A stretch of DNA of 63,497 nucleotides, counting the filler, from Aduncisulcus paluster (taxonomy: Eukaryota): the NCBI GenBank assembly GCA_024181965.1. It is 14 parts of 14 records of this genome, joined end to end, with 100 filler letters (N's around TTAATTAATTAA, not from the genome) between each part and the next. Parts side by side here need not be neighbours in the genome. Positions count along the whole stretch, not along the records: positions 37,300 to 50,295 come from BQXS01007925.1; positions 50,396 to 51,652 come from BQXS01007930.1; positions 51,753 to 53,057 come from BQXS01007956.1; positions 53,158 to 54,162 come from BQXS01007968.1; positions 54,263 to 55,917 come from BQXS01008020.1; positions 56,018 to 57,421 come from BQXS01008024.1; 8 more parts are not named here. One strand, 5' to 3'. The position numbers were made by a program, and so were the translations under genes. The notes below the pieces were generated by a model. It was not told the origin of the DNA. It searched no databases and saw nothing but the letters and a program-made list of their open reading frames with translations. Positions 46,898 through 57,521 of the stretch are shown here, in pieces. Within the stretch, counting starts at the first letter, position 1. The number at the start of each line of letters is the position of its first letter.

Positions 46898-48643
46898 ATG
46901 TGTGAATATTGTTCACTTTGTTCCTATGTTAAAGACCTTCATTTTCCTGAAAAATCTCCTGAATTTCACTATGAACCATTAGTTCAACACCGTGGACCTG
47001 ATACTGCCACTTATGAGCTTCTCACTGTCCAAGGAGTTGACATTGTTAAAATTCCTGGAACAGAAGAAGAGTTTGTTCGCGTTAGTCCAGAGGTGATTCG
47101 ACGTTTATCTTTCGAAGCAATCAAAGAAATTTCTTTTTTCCAACCACATGGTCATCTTAAACAGATAGCCGCCATCATGACTGATCCCGATGCGAGTGAT
47201 AATGATCGCACTGTTGCCCGTGAGTTTTTGGTTAATGCTACGGTTGCTGCCCAGGGCAAATTACCTACTTGTCAAGACACTGGTACTGCTATTTGCATTG
47301 GCTATCGTGGCCAACGTGTTCTTACAGCTGGTGAGGATAAAAAACATTTGAGTCGGGGTATATATGATGCCTATGGTGGCATGGCTCTTCGTTATAGCCA
47401 GGTTGCTCCTCTTACCATGTTTTCGGAGAAGAACACGGGAACTAATCTTCCTGCTCAAATTGAGCTTCATGCTACAGATGGTGGAGAGTATCATTTCCGT
47501 TTTATTGCTAAGGGAGGTGGTTCTGCCAACAAGTTCAAACTTTTTCAGAAAACAAAGGCTCTTCTAACTCCCGCCGCTCTCACTTCATTTATCCGTTCCC
47601 AACTGCCAGCTCTTGGGACTGCTGCCTGTCCTCCTTACCATATCGCCTTTGTTATTGGTGGATTGAGTGCCGAACAGAATATGGGCATGTTGAAGAAAGC
47701 ATCTGCTCATTTCCTTGATGACCTTCCTTTCACTGGAAATGAGCATGGAAGAGCTTTTAGGGATCTTGATCTCGAACGTGAAATTGAAAAAATGTGTCAG
47801 GATAGTGGAATAGGAGCACAATTTGGAGGGATTGGATTCGCTCTTGATGTCCGTGTTATTCGTCTTCCTCGTCATGGTGCTTCATGTCCTGTGTCTATTG
47901 GTGTTTCTTGTGCTGCCCACAGACAATGCAAGGCCAAGATCACTCGTGAGGGTGTGTATATCGAGAGGCTTGAGCATAACCCTGCCCAAATCCTTAAAAA
48001 GGCTGATGAAGACCTTGCTGAATTGATGCGTCAGAAAGCCAAGGTTGTGAAGAAGGAAGGAGGTGAAGATGAGGAAGAGAAGGAGGGTGGTATTGTAAGT
48101 ATTGACCTTGACAAAGGAATGGATGATATTTGTGCTCAATTGACACGCCATACTGTTGGAACAAGACTTTCCTTGAATGGAACCCTTATTGTTGCCCGTG
48201 ATATGGCCCATCTAAAACTTGCTGAGAGATTGGAGGCAACTGGTTCAATCCCTGATTATATCAAGGATCACCCTGTCTATTACGCTGGGCCTGCCAAAAA
48301 ACCCGAGGGATTCAAGAGTGGCTCCATCGCTGCCACAACTGCCCAACGGATGGATCCATATGTTCCCCTTTTCCAGCCACATGGAGGATGTCGTGTGACA
48401 ATCGCCAAGGGACAGCGTGGAGATGATGTTACTGCTAGTTGCAAGGAATACGGTGGATTTTATCTTGGAACTATCGGTGGAACTGCTGCTCGTGTCGCGA
48501 GTCAATGTATTCAGAGCATTGATTGTGTTGAGTTTGAAGAATTGGGAATGGAGGCCGTATGGAAATTGGTGGTAAAGGATCTTCCGGCTTTCCTCCTTGT
48601 TGATGATAAGGGAAATGATTTTTTCAAGACTTTGGGAATGTGA
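46898..48643 (+). CDS. Class I (4Fe-4S) fumarate hydratase
   Basis: CQDTG, LRYSQ, NTGTNLPAQI, KGGGSANK, GTAACPPYH, RLPRHGASCP, ARDMAH, YYAGPAK, GMEAVW, DDKGNDFF. Confidence 0.95.
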   Translation: MCEYCSLCSYVKDLHFPEKSPEFHYEPLVQHRGPDTATYELLTVQGVDIVKIPGTEEEFVRVSPEVIRRLSFEAIKEISFFQPHGHLKQIAAIMTDPDASDNDRTVAREFLVNATVAAQGKLPTCQDTGTAICIGYRGQRVLTAGEDKKHLSRGIYDAYGGMALRYSQVAPLTMFSEKNTGTNLPAQIELHATDGGEYHFRFIAKGGGSANKFKLFQKTKALLTPAALTSFIRSQLPALGTAACPPYHIAFVIGGLSAEQNMGMLKKASAHFLDDLPFTGNEHGRAFRDLDLEREIEKMCQDSGIGAQFGGIGFALDVRVIRLPRHGASCPVSIGVSCAAHRQCKAKITREGVYIERLEHNPAQILKKADEDLAELMRQKAKVVKKEGGEDEEEKEGGIVSIDLDKGMDDICAQLTRHTVGTRLSLNGTLIVARDMAHLKLAERLEATGSIPDYIKDHPVYYAGPAKKPEGFKSGSIAATTAQRMDPYVPLFQPHGGCRVTIAKGQRGDDVTASCKEYGGFYLGTIGGTAARVASQCIQSIDCVEFEELGMEAVWKLVVKDLPAFLLVDDKGNDFFKTLGM

Positions 48644-48813
48644 TTGCCTAATTTCATGAACTTTGTTGACTCGAATTGTGGATTTTCGAATTTCGGGTTT
48701 CGACAGATAACGGTATTAATTGTTTAACAATAATAAATTGGATTATAATGTTGCACTATATTGAAAAATTAATGATTTTTTATTGATTATCGAACTTATA
48801 ATTGTGTCGGCTG

Positions 48814-50295
48814 ATGGCAATTTATGTGGGGCTTGATTTGGAACCAATGTATGTTTCTTCTTTTTTATTACTTCGATAATTTTCAAATTATATTTTGTTT
48901 TTTAGACTGGTATCATATTCTAATTCTTTTTTTACGACAAGACTTCTTTCACATCATATGCTAATTAGCAAAGAAATTGAAGAGCCTCTTGAACAAGATT
49001 GTATTCAATTAACAACAGACATGTTGGAAATGCGTGGTCATAGTGATAAATTGGTCAAACCACGCCCCCAGAATCTAATTGATGGGAGTTCTAGTGGATG
49101 GTTTTGTTCTTCTTTTACGATCAATTTTGAAACTCCCAAAGATATTTCATCACTTTGTATCCACTCTGGCCATCCAAGACCCCAAAAAATGGAGATTCGA
49201 ACTTACCAAATGATCCCGTCCTCTTACAAGCCATTTCCTTCTGTTCCGATTCACTCTCCATCCCTTTCGCATTCTCTCTCAAAGGGACATATGTCAATAG
49301 ATTCAGAACATTCTGAATTATCAAAGGAACCATTGGTATTTACTTTTTCTATGCGTGAAACATTTAAATGGCAAGAACTTGCTCTCACCAGTCTTTCTGT
49401 GGGCAAAATTGAGGTGAAATGTCTGAATAATTTTGTGGATATAGCAGATGACAGTTGCTTCATAAAACAAATTAAGCTTAAAGGTCGGAATGTTCCTTGG
49501 TTTGACCTCTATGAAGAGTATGTATTATGTTCAAATATTAAAGCCGTCAAAGTTGGGATGGTTGTTGATGTTAGTGAACATGAGGCTCCGTTTGATTCTC
49601 GTCGGGGAGTTGTGTACAAGATATTTGGATCTTCCGCCGAAATCAAAGATGACCGTGCTCGTGTAAGGTTACCAGGGGAGATGTGGGAAGGTTTTGTCTC
49701 CGATCTCACCGTATGTTTGGATATTGAGGAAGCTCAGCAAGAAATTGAGAAAGAAACACAACGACGCAAGGCTGAACATGAGAGATTGTTGATGGAACAA
49801 AGAGCGAAGGAAGAGGAAGAAAGGAAACGTTTGGTTACTATATTGGAACCTGTATTTTCATCCTTATTGACTCAAATCGAGACTCAGAATGCTCTAATTT
49901 TGGAACAACAGAAGCATATCGAGACCTTAAATGCAGAATTGGAAGAGATAAGGTCTGATCAGATTCATAAAGATCAACTCCTTGACGAAGATAAAGAGAA
50001 ACGATTTGAATGGATGGGTCAACAAGATTCTTTGATTAAAGAGACACAGAGATCAATTCAATGCGTGTCGAACTCATTGGTTTCTCACGTTTCTACTATT
50101 TCGGCGCAGATTGATAAGCTTTTAGTTAGTGATGAGGGATTAAAAAAACACTTGGAAGGCGTCGATTTGAAGACCAAAGAACTTGCTTCTCGGAGAGGTG
50201 AAGAGCAAAAAATCATTGAAATCACCAAAGAAAAAACAGAAAAAAGGATGAAATCTATGGAAGTGACAATATTTGAAATCCAACAGGAATCTGAG
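48814..50295 (+). CDS. Hypothetical protein with a putative beta-sandwich N-terminal domain and a long coiled coil; exons 48814-48848 and 48906 onward; 3'-truncated
   Basis: A phase-2 intron 48849-48905 (GTATGTT...TAG) joins MAIYVGLDLEPI to the long ORF. C-terminal half is E/K/Q-rich. Confidence 0.65.
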
Positions 50296-50395
50296 NNNNN
50301 NNNNNNNNNNNNNNNNNNNNNNNNNNNNNNNNNNNNNNNTTAATTAATTAANNNNNNNNNNNNNNNNNNNNNNNNNNNNNNNNNNNNNNNNNNNN

Positions 50396-51652
50396 TATGG
50401 ACAAAGCATCTGCAGAGACTTTTGCCTTTATGTCTACGTACTTTGTATCCAATCCCTCTGTCCTCCCCAACTTCCTCTCGAGCAAGGTCTTTGCCTTGCG
50501 CAAACCTCGTTCAACGGACATGCTTTCGACTCAAAGTTACAGGACAATTGCTATGGCTGAACTCCCTCTCAGGATTCTCCATCGTGCCATCCTAGCCAAA
50601 ATTGGTGCACCATGCCACCCCTGTCAATATGGTGTTCCAGATGGCGCCCTCAAAGCTGCCTATCATGTTTTATTATGTATCGCTCTATGTGATCAAACAC
50701 AAAAACCAATTCGAATTCTACAAATTGACTCATCTAATGCCTTCAACACTCTCTCAAAAGACTCTATTATGGAGAGCCTTCGTCGTAAAAATGTCAACTC
50801 GACTCTCCAGAACTATATCTCCTTCTTTCTCTCCAACCAGCCTCGTTACGTGGTTAATAAGGACGGCTCTCTCACTCGCATTGTATCCCCTCGTGGTGCA
50901 CCTCAAGGAGACTGTCTTTCTATGAAACTATATAACGTGTCTGTGGATGATATTATTCAGGNNNNNNNNNNNNNNNNNNNNAATATGGTGTTCCAGATGG
51001 CGCCCTCAAAGCTGCCTATCATGTTTTATTATGTATCGCTCTATGTGATCAAACACAAAAACCAATTCGAATTCTACAAATTGACTCATCTAATGCCTTC
51101 AACACTCTCTCAAAAGACTCTATTATGGAGAGCCTTCGTCGTAAAAATGTCAACTCGACTCTCCAGAACTATATCTCCTTCTTTCTCTCCAACCAGCCTC
51201 GTTACGTGGTTAATAAGGACGGCTCTCTCACTCGCATTGTATCCCCTCGTGGTGCACCTCAAGGAGACTGTCTTTCTATGAAACTATATAACGTGTCTGT
51301 GGATGATATTATTCAGGAAGTCTGTCGTCACTTCGACTCCATATCTGTTGAAATTGATGGTCACTCTCTCACTCTCCCTCCTGTAGTCTTCTACGCTGAT
51401 GATATGACACTCATGACTCAATCTGATAACATTACTGAAATCTTCGACTTCGTTCGTTCTCGTCTGCGTGCTCGCCTCCTCGACGTCAAACCCTCCAAGT
51501 GCCTCTTCTTCTCGAATCGTGAAGACGATTCCACTCCTATGATTGATGACACTCCGATTACTCGAGTAGATTCTCTCTACTTCCTTGGATACCTCTTGAC
51601 TCGTGAAAAGGAGCCCCTGAACACTGTGGATGACAAAGTACACAAGGTGATC
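50396..51652 (+). mobile_element. Non-LTR retrotransposon reverse transcriptase fragment (CRE-like), with an assembly duplication
   Basis: YRTIAMAE, QYGV, IDSSNAFNTL, RGAPQGDCLS, FYADD. Sequence is repeated across the gap 50962-50981. Confidence 0.85.
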
Positions 51653-52336
51653 NNNNNNNNNNNNNNNNNNNNNNNNNNNNNNNNNNNNNNNNNNNNTTAA
51701 TTAATTAANNNNNNNNNNNNNNNNNNNNNNNNNNNNNNNNNNNNNNNNNNNNGCGCACCGCGGCGCACGTTCATAAACAACGAAGATCTATAGATGCAGG
51801 CAGAGATCACCACAAGAAACGGTCCAATCAACGGATATGGAGCCGGCCAGGCGCACGGAAAAGACGCCCTGCACGGCTAGTGAGGGTTTGCAGATGCACA
51901 CGACGGCAGCGATGGCCGTCCGGCAACCCTCAGCGCCGATTGATTCGTAAGTGCAGAAGCCTTTGTCGCCCGAAATTTTCCGGGCCACGTGAAATCACCG
52001 CGCCACGTCGCGACATCAACACAATCAGCAGCGCAGCGCCGCCAAGAGAAATGATCGATACGGCGTGAGGCAGCCAGACCGGCTCACCAACCAGCCCGAG
52101 GCGAAGACGAGTGGCGGCCACGCCGTGCTGTACTAGTTCCCAGTGATGGGCCTCAACGGTGTCATACAAGGACACCGGGGCGGTAGCGTCCGNNNNNNNN
52201 NNNNNNNNNNNNNNNNNNNNNNNNNNNNNNNNNNNNNNNNNNNNNNNCGTTTCCTTCTCGAAATACCTTCTGTCACAGTGGTTTCTAGCGCAACAATGTC
52301 GGCAGTTTTGTCGGTGACTGTCTTTACGATGCACGT

Positions 52337-53057
52337 ATGAGTTCGATTGAGGTGTTGGAGGCGGCGGTTGATGCCGTGTGCGCTGACACCTTGGATGGAC
52401 TCTCGAACCCTGAGGTGCTGGCGGTGTTGGCTCGTGTGGAGGTGGCCCAGCGGCGGCTGCAGGCTGTCTCGCACGTCGGTGTGGCGCAGTTGGTGCAGCG
52501 CGGCTCTCCGGTGGAGTTGGGTGGGACGTCGCATGCTGATGTGTTGTCGCGGCGGTTGCATATCAGTAGGGGTGCGGCGCGGCGCCGGATCGCCGATGCC
52601 GAGCAGCTCGCGCCCCGCCGGGCGTTGACCGGTGAGTCGTTGGCGCCGCAGCTGCCGAATGTGGCCGCGGCCCTTGAGCGCGGCGATATCGGTGAGGAAC
52701 ACGTCCGGATCATTCGGCAATTCTTCGACCGAATCCCAGCGGTCGTGGATGCCGCGACCCGCGACGCGGCCGAGGTGCAGTTGGCGGTGATGGCGTGCCA
52801 GTTTCGGCCCGAACAACTGCGCACCGGTGCCGACCGCATGATGGCGCTGCTGAATCCCGACGGAGAGTTCTCCGATGTGGATCGGTCGCGGCGCCGCGGA
52901 CTGAGCATCGGGCAACAAGGTTTCGACGGCATGTCACCCATCTCGGGACTACTCGATCCGGAGACCCGGGCCTATCTGGATGCGGTGTTTACGAAACTCG
53001 CGGCACCGGGCATGTGCAACCCCAACGATCAATCCCCACAGGTCGATGGTGAGCCGT
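52337..53057 (+). CDS. Mycobacterial DUF222/REP13E12-family (HNH-associated) protein, 3'-truncated
   Basis: High GC. RLHISRGAARRRIADAEQLAPRRALTGE.L.P.LP, LLNPDG.FSD.DR.RRRG...G.Q.FDGMS.ISG.L.PE, KLAAPGMCNP. Confidence 0.88.
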
Positions 53058-53157
53058 NNNNNNNNNNNNNNNNNNNNNNNNNNNNNNNNNNNNNNNNNNN
53101 NTTAATTAATTAANNNNNNNNNNNNNNNNNNNNNNNNNNNNNNNNNNNNNNNNNNNN

Positions 53158-53692
53158 TGTCTTTGCTGTAGTCAATATGAAACATGAGAGTTCTTCGAAT
53201 TATGTCAGCTTTGATGTCTTCAAATGCTTTCTGTCTTTGTTCATTCCAACTGAATTTCTCAAACTTCCTCGTTAACTCTGTTAAGCACGCTACTCTCAAT
53301 GCATAGTTTCGTATGAATGAGCGGTAATAGTTGAAGAGACCAAGAATTTGTTGAGTTTGCTTTTTGTTCTTTGGAGCTTTCAGCTCTTTAAGATCCTGAA
53401 TTCTTGATTCAGCAACACGTATTCCAGAGGAGGATACTTCTCTTCCCAGAAATTCGACTTGGGAGACACCAAATTTACACTTACTTGGTTTCAACCTGAG
53501 GTTGAGTTCTTCAGCTCTGGTGAGTACAGCATCAAGATGAAAGAGAAAGTCACTGTCAGTTTTGCCTTTGATAAGTATGTCATCGATGAAGATTAGACAA
53601 CTGTGTGGGATAAGATCTGCAAAAGCTTTTTGAATTGACCGTTGGAAATTAGCACTGGAATTCTTGGTGCCAAAAGGCTGTGAAGTTCTCAA
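53158..53692 (-). mobile_element. Ty3/gypsy LTR retrotransposon RT fragment
   Basis: PFGTKNSSANFQR, IFIDDILI, KCKFG...VEFLG, LGLFNYYRSFI. Confidence 0.88.
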
Positions 53693-53770
53693 TGATCTAT
53701 TTATAGAACTGACCCACTCCGATCACATTTATTCAATAAATTGCTAACGTCATACAATAATATTATTAGA

Positions 53771-54162
53771 ATGACACCAAAAGATAGTAAGAAGGATACT
53801 ACGAACGCGATGAAAACCGTTTTAACAACCGAAGCTGCTCCAACGATGCCGCGTCTAGAAGAGCTGACAAGCGAGTCCTGGATCGATTTTATGGCTGGTC
53901 ATGAACATTACATTAGTTTGGGGGGCCACAAGAAATGGCCAGAATTGGTGGACGTGACCGTACTGGACATTATAAAGGACTTATCGAAAGTCCCGGATTT
54001 CAAGACACCGACGAACAGAAAGGCAGCTCGAACGGCAGTAGACAAGATTTTCGGAGCCAGTACAACGATTGATTTGTACGACGAGTTAAGACGGATCAAT
54101 ATGAAGAAGGAATTGACCATAAATGCTTTACTGAAGTATACGAAGGAATTCAAGGGAGTCAG
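53771..54162 (+). mobile_element. Possible retrotransposon gag N-terminal fragment
   Basis: Open ORF from ATG 53771 to the contig end, adjacent to the RT but opposite in orientation. The family call is inference. Confidence 0.35.
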
Positions 54163-54782
54163 NNNNNNNNNNNNNNNNNNNNNNNNNNNNNNNNNNNNNN
54201 NNNNNNTTAATTAATTAANNNNNNNNNNNNNNNNNNNNNNNNNNNNNNNNNNNNNNNNNNNNTATTAAAGGATTGGTATTTCTTGCGCTCAGGTTAAAGA
54301 AAAAGATTGAAACAGAGGATAAACTTGAAGAATTGTGTGAAAATATTCAAAATGTTGTCGGTATCTTTGGCGAATGGTTGGCCAAAGAACGTCAGAGAGC
54401 AATAATTGCTGGTTGTGAAGACATCTGGAATTCTTTGCAAAATATTGTCGGCGATATTGTTGAAAAGAAGTAATGTCGATTTGTTAAATGAAAGAAACAT
54501 TGGTAAAATATGTATTCAGATTTGTATATTTTAATTTTATTAAATTTTGCCTATCGTAGGTTTTTATTCATATTTGGTTCATATTGACTGTATTACTGTC
54601 ATCACAATTATTCTGACCCAGAATCGTTCACAAATTTCCCGAACTCGACTCTGAGTCCATCAGTGTTCCTTCAGAAATTCATTTATTTGTTTAATTCTTC
54701 TCAAATGGAGAATGATGTGTTCATAAAGAGGCCTCCTTAAAAGAGGTATTTCTTTCCAATCTTCTTTTTCAATTTCAACTCC

Positions 54783-55170
54783 GTGAAGAAAGTTCAATCC
54801 ATCAAACCTTTTCTTCCAAAGATTGGAGAAGGATGGGAATGTCCATCCATTGAGGATATTGTGAAGGCTCAGCTTGCCAGGCATAAAGGTGATTCTGGAT
54901 GCATTGTTGACGATGTTGAACTTGCAGAAAAAGCTAGTCTTGAATTAGCGTATGAATTTTATGGAAGTGATTTTGATCCTTTGGATATTTAAATTAGTTA
55001 GCTCGAACAATTGTATATCAATTTGAATAAAATTGTGTAAGGCCTAACCAAGCCTTATTCACAGGAACATTAAGCCTGCCACCAAATTGGCAATTTCCTT
55101 GTCATCTTCATCCCAATTCTATGAAATGCACCATTGTTCTCTCTGATCTCGGTCTTGCTGAAATCCAAGG
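54783..55170 (+). pseudogene. Scrambled fragments of the same kinase family as 33014-35858
   Basis: VQSIKPFLPKIGEGWECPSIEDIVK (compare VQSIKCYLPKIGEGCVFSSTDDVIK), followed out of order by frameshifted LIHRNIKP...NFLV...KCTIVLSDLGLAEIQ. Confidence 0.7.
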
Positions 55171-56017
55171 CCACATGTATACTGATAACAAAAGATAAAC
55201 TGCTGTCACTCCGTATGAACAATTAGAAGTAAAATAAATGTTTTCAAATGGATAAAACTTAATTGGAGATTATCATTATTGTTTTAAATTGAACATATAC
55301 CGTTTCTAGTCGAGTAGAGATCCGGGATCTTGCCAAGATAGGCTTAATCAATACTTGGTTTCATTGCTTCCTATTCACTCTTGACTCCTTTCTAAAATGA
55401 CTTAGCTTATTTTGATGGCTCTAGAGAGTAGCATCTTGATGCCTTGTCTTGCTAAATCTTCTCAATATATGTTTGCTGTTGCCTTTTTCAGAAATTTCTA
55501 TTGATTACCGTACACCTATTCCTCCCTACTCCTCGGTTCTTTAGTTACACACTATGTGCAACTTTTGTTCACTAGTTCTTTCACTACATTGTTTACTTGG
55601 TAGAGTTTGCCTTTCGGTGTCTTCGTCTCTATGCTGAATACACTACAATCAGTATCCTTCTTGTCTGAAACTTTATCGTACTGCAGTCAGTCTGTTACCA
55701 CCTAATATACCCTTTAATATCCTTCAATGCCTTTCTTTTCTCTTTTTACTTCTGTCTTTTTAGTATCTCCCCTTCCCTAATAAATGCATCCGCCAGTTGT
55801 TTTACCGATCAAATTCGACATAAATAAATTTACATCTTGATAAATATATTGTTTTACTCTTCTTATAATTCATAAAACGATTCATTCTAATAAGGAGCTG
55901 ACAGGAAGCAGAACCGGNNNNNNNNNNNNNNNNNNNNNNNNNNNNNNNNNNNNNNNNNNNNTTAATTAATTAANNNNNNNNNNNNNNNNNNNNNNNNNNN
56001 NNNNNNNNNNNNNNNNN

Positions 56018-57221
56018 ACCCGAGATCCGGCAGTCCATGGACCCCGAAACATCGAGTGCCAGCAGCACGCGTCCGCCGGAAGGCTCGACCGCACGGTACG
56101 CGGCGTAGAACGCCGCATCCAGCGCATCCACGATCCCAGGCTCCGGACTCCACGTGCTCGAACCGCGGTCCGAACGCCCGCGGGCGTAGGTGCGCGCGGC
56201 CACCAGGACATTCACCGGATGCACCCGGGCCCTGCGGAGCCGGATGGCATCGTGCAGCTGTGCGGCCACCGCGTGCCCGGTGGCGCCCGATAGCAGGCCC
56301 AGCCGGGTCAGGCGCGGCAGCTGACGCATGAGCGCGGTCTGCGGAACACCCTTGTCCAGCAGTGCTTCCCAGACCTCCGGCAGATTGAGCGCGGCGTCGG
56401 GCAGCATCTCCCAGGACAGGCCGTGCCCCCGGCCGATGATCTCCNNNNNNNNNNNNNNNNNNNNNNNNNNNNNNNNNNNNNNNNNNNNNNNNNNNNNNNN
56501 NNNNNNNNNNNNNNNNNNNNNNNNNNNNNNNNNNNNNNNNNNNNNNNNNNNNNNNNNNNNNNNNNNNNNNNNNNNNNNNNNNNNNNNNNNNNNNNNNNNN
56601 NNNNCCCCTGACCACGAATTCGAACAGGGCCCGCCGGTCATCCGCCGCCGTCCTGGGGTGAGCCAGGCGTAGCAGGTCACGGTGTGTCCATCCGTCCCGT
56701 TGCCGGTACTTGACCACCTGGTAGGCCAGTTGATCGACGGACTTGTCCAGGTACCAGCTGCCCACCGACCGCCTCAGCGCCGGACCCCAGCCACGGAACT
56801 GCTCGATGTAGTTCGCGAACTGGAACAGGTGCGTTCCGGTACGCGCCACCGCGGGCAGGGCCGCACATGCCGCACGACGACCCTCGACATCCTCACAGGA
56901 CGCCGCGATGGCCAGCGCGAAAAGGGCCGGGTTCTGCTTGGGCGCACGGCCGGCCTCGGAGACTTCGACGATGCGCTGCACGAGTCGAATCGGATCCGTT
57001 GCGGCAGCGCGGAATACCACCTCGGCGGCCTCACGAGTGAGCTCCTCTGCCGAGGTGTAGTACGTCCCGCCCGAGGTCCCGAGGGTAAGGAACCGGTGCA
57101 GACGGGCGTCGTCGGCCGTGGCGAACGTGTAGCCGCCCGCCGCGTTGGCAATCTGCGTCTCATGGGCAGGGCTCGACTGCGGCGTACGCCGCCTACTGAT
57201 CCTGCGCAGTACATCCATCAT
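56018..57221 (-). CDS. rsr: Ro60/Rsr TROVE-domain RNA-binding protein (actinobacterial), gapped and 3'-truncated
   Basis: NAAGGY, RLHRFLTLGTSGGTYY, RTGTHLFQF, GWG..LRR.V..WY, YQVVKYRQRDGWTHRDLLRLAHP, ALMRQLPRL, vWA LALDVSGSM. AAGGAG Shine-Dalgarno 8 nt upstream of ATG 57221. Confidence 0.95.
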
Positions 57222-57247
57222 GGTGTTCTCTCCTTCCTCGGGGTGGG

Positions 57248-57316
57248 GCGCGGGCATGTGTTTGATCACCGGATCTTGATCAGTGGGAGTGATAACCGGA
57301 GATCTCCGGCTCGCAC
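57248..57316 (-). ncRNA. Second Y-RNA-like structured unit B, without a T-loop
   Basis: Same architecture as unit A: GCCGGA, stem GATCTCCGG/CCGGTGATC, CCGGTTATCA, ATCCGGT, CACAYGCCC. Stem sequences differ but pairing is kept. Confidence 0.6.
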
Positions 57317-57325
57317 CGGTGATCA

Positions 57326-57421
57326 GCGGGTGATGTGGGCGTGTGAAGGTGCCGACCGGATTCGGGACTCGAACCCAATAACCAATTGATAACCGGCCGA
57401 CGTCCGGCGCACATCCCCCGC
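57326..57421 (-). ncRNA. Y-RNA-like (YrlA-like) structured RNA, unit A, with a tRNA-like T-loop
   Basis: Ends pair (GCGGGGGATGTG/CACATCACCCGC). Inner stem GTCGGCCGG/CCGGTCGGC encloses AATTGGTTA (D-loop-like) and GGGTTCGAGTCCC (T-hairpin). Lies directly upstream of rsr. Confidence 0.7.
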
Positions 57422-57521
57422 NNNNNNNNNNNNNNNNNNNNNNNNNNNNNNNNNNNNNNNNNNNNTTAATTAATTAANNNNNNNNNNNNNNNNNNNNNNN
57501 NNNNNNNNNNNNNNNNNNNNN

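Noticed and set aside
57326-57421. tRNA gene
   Set aside because: Has a T-loop motif but no anticodon arm or acceptor/CCA geometry. Better explained as a Y-RNA-like mimic.
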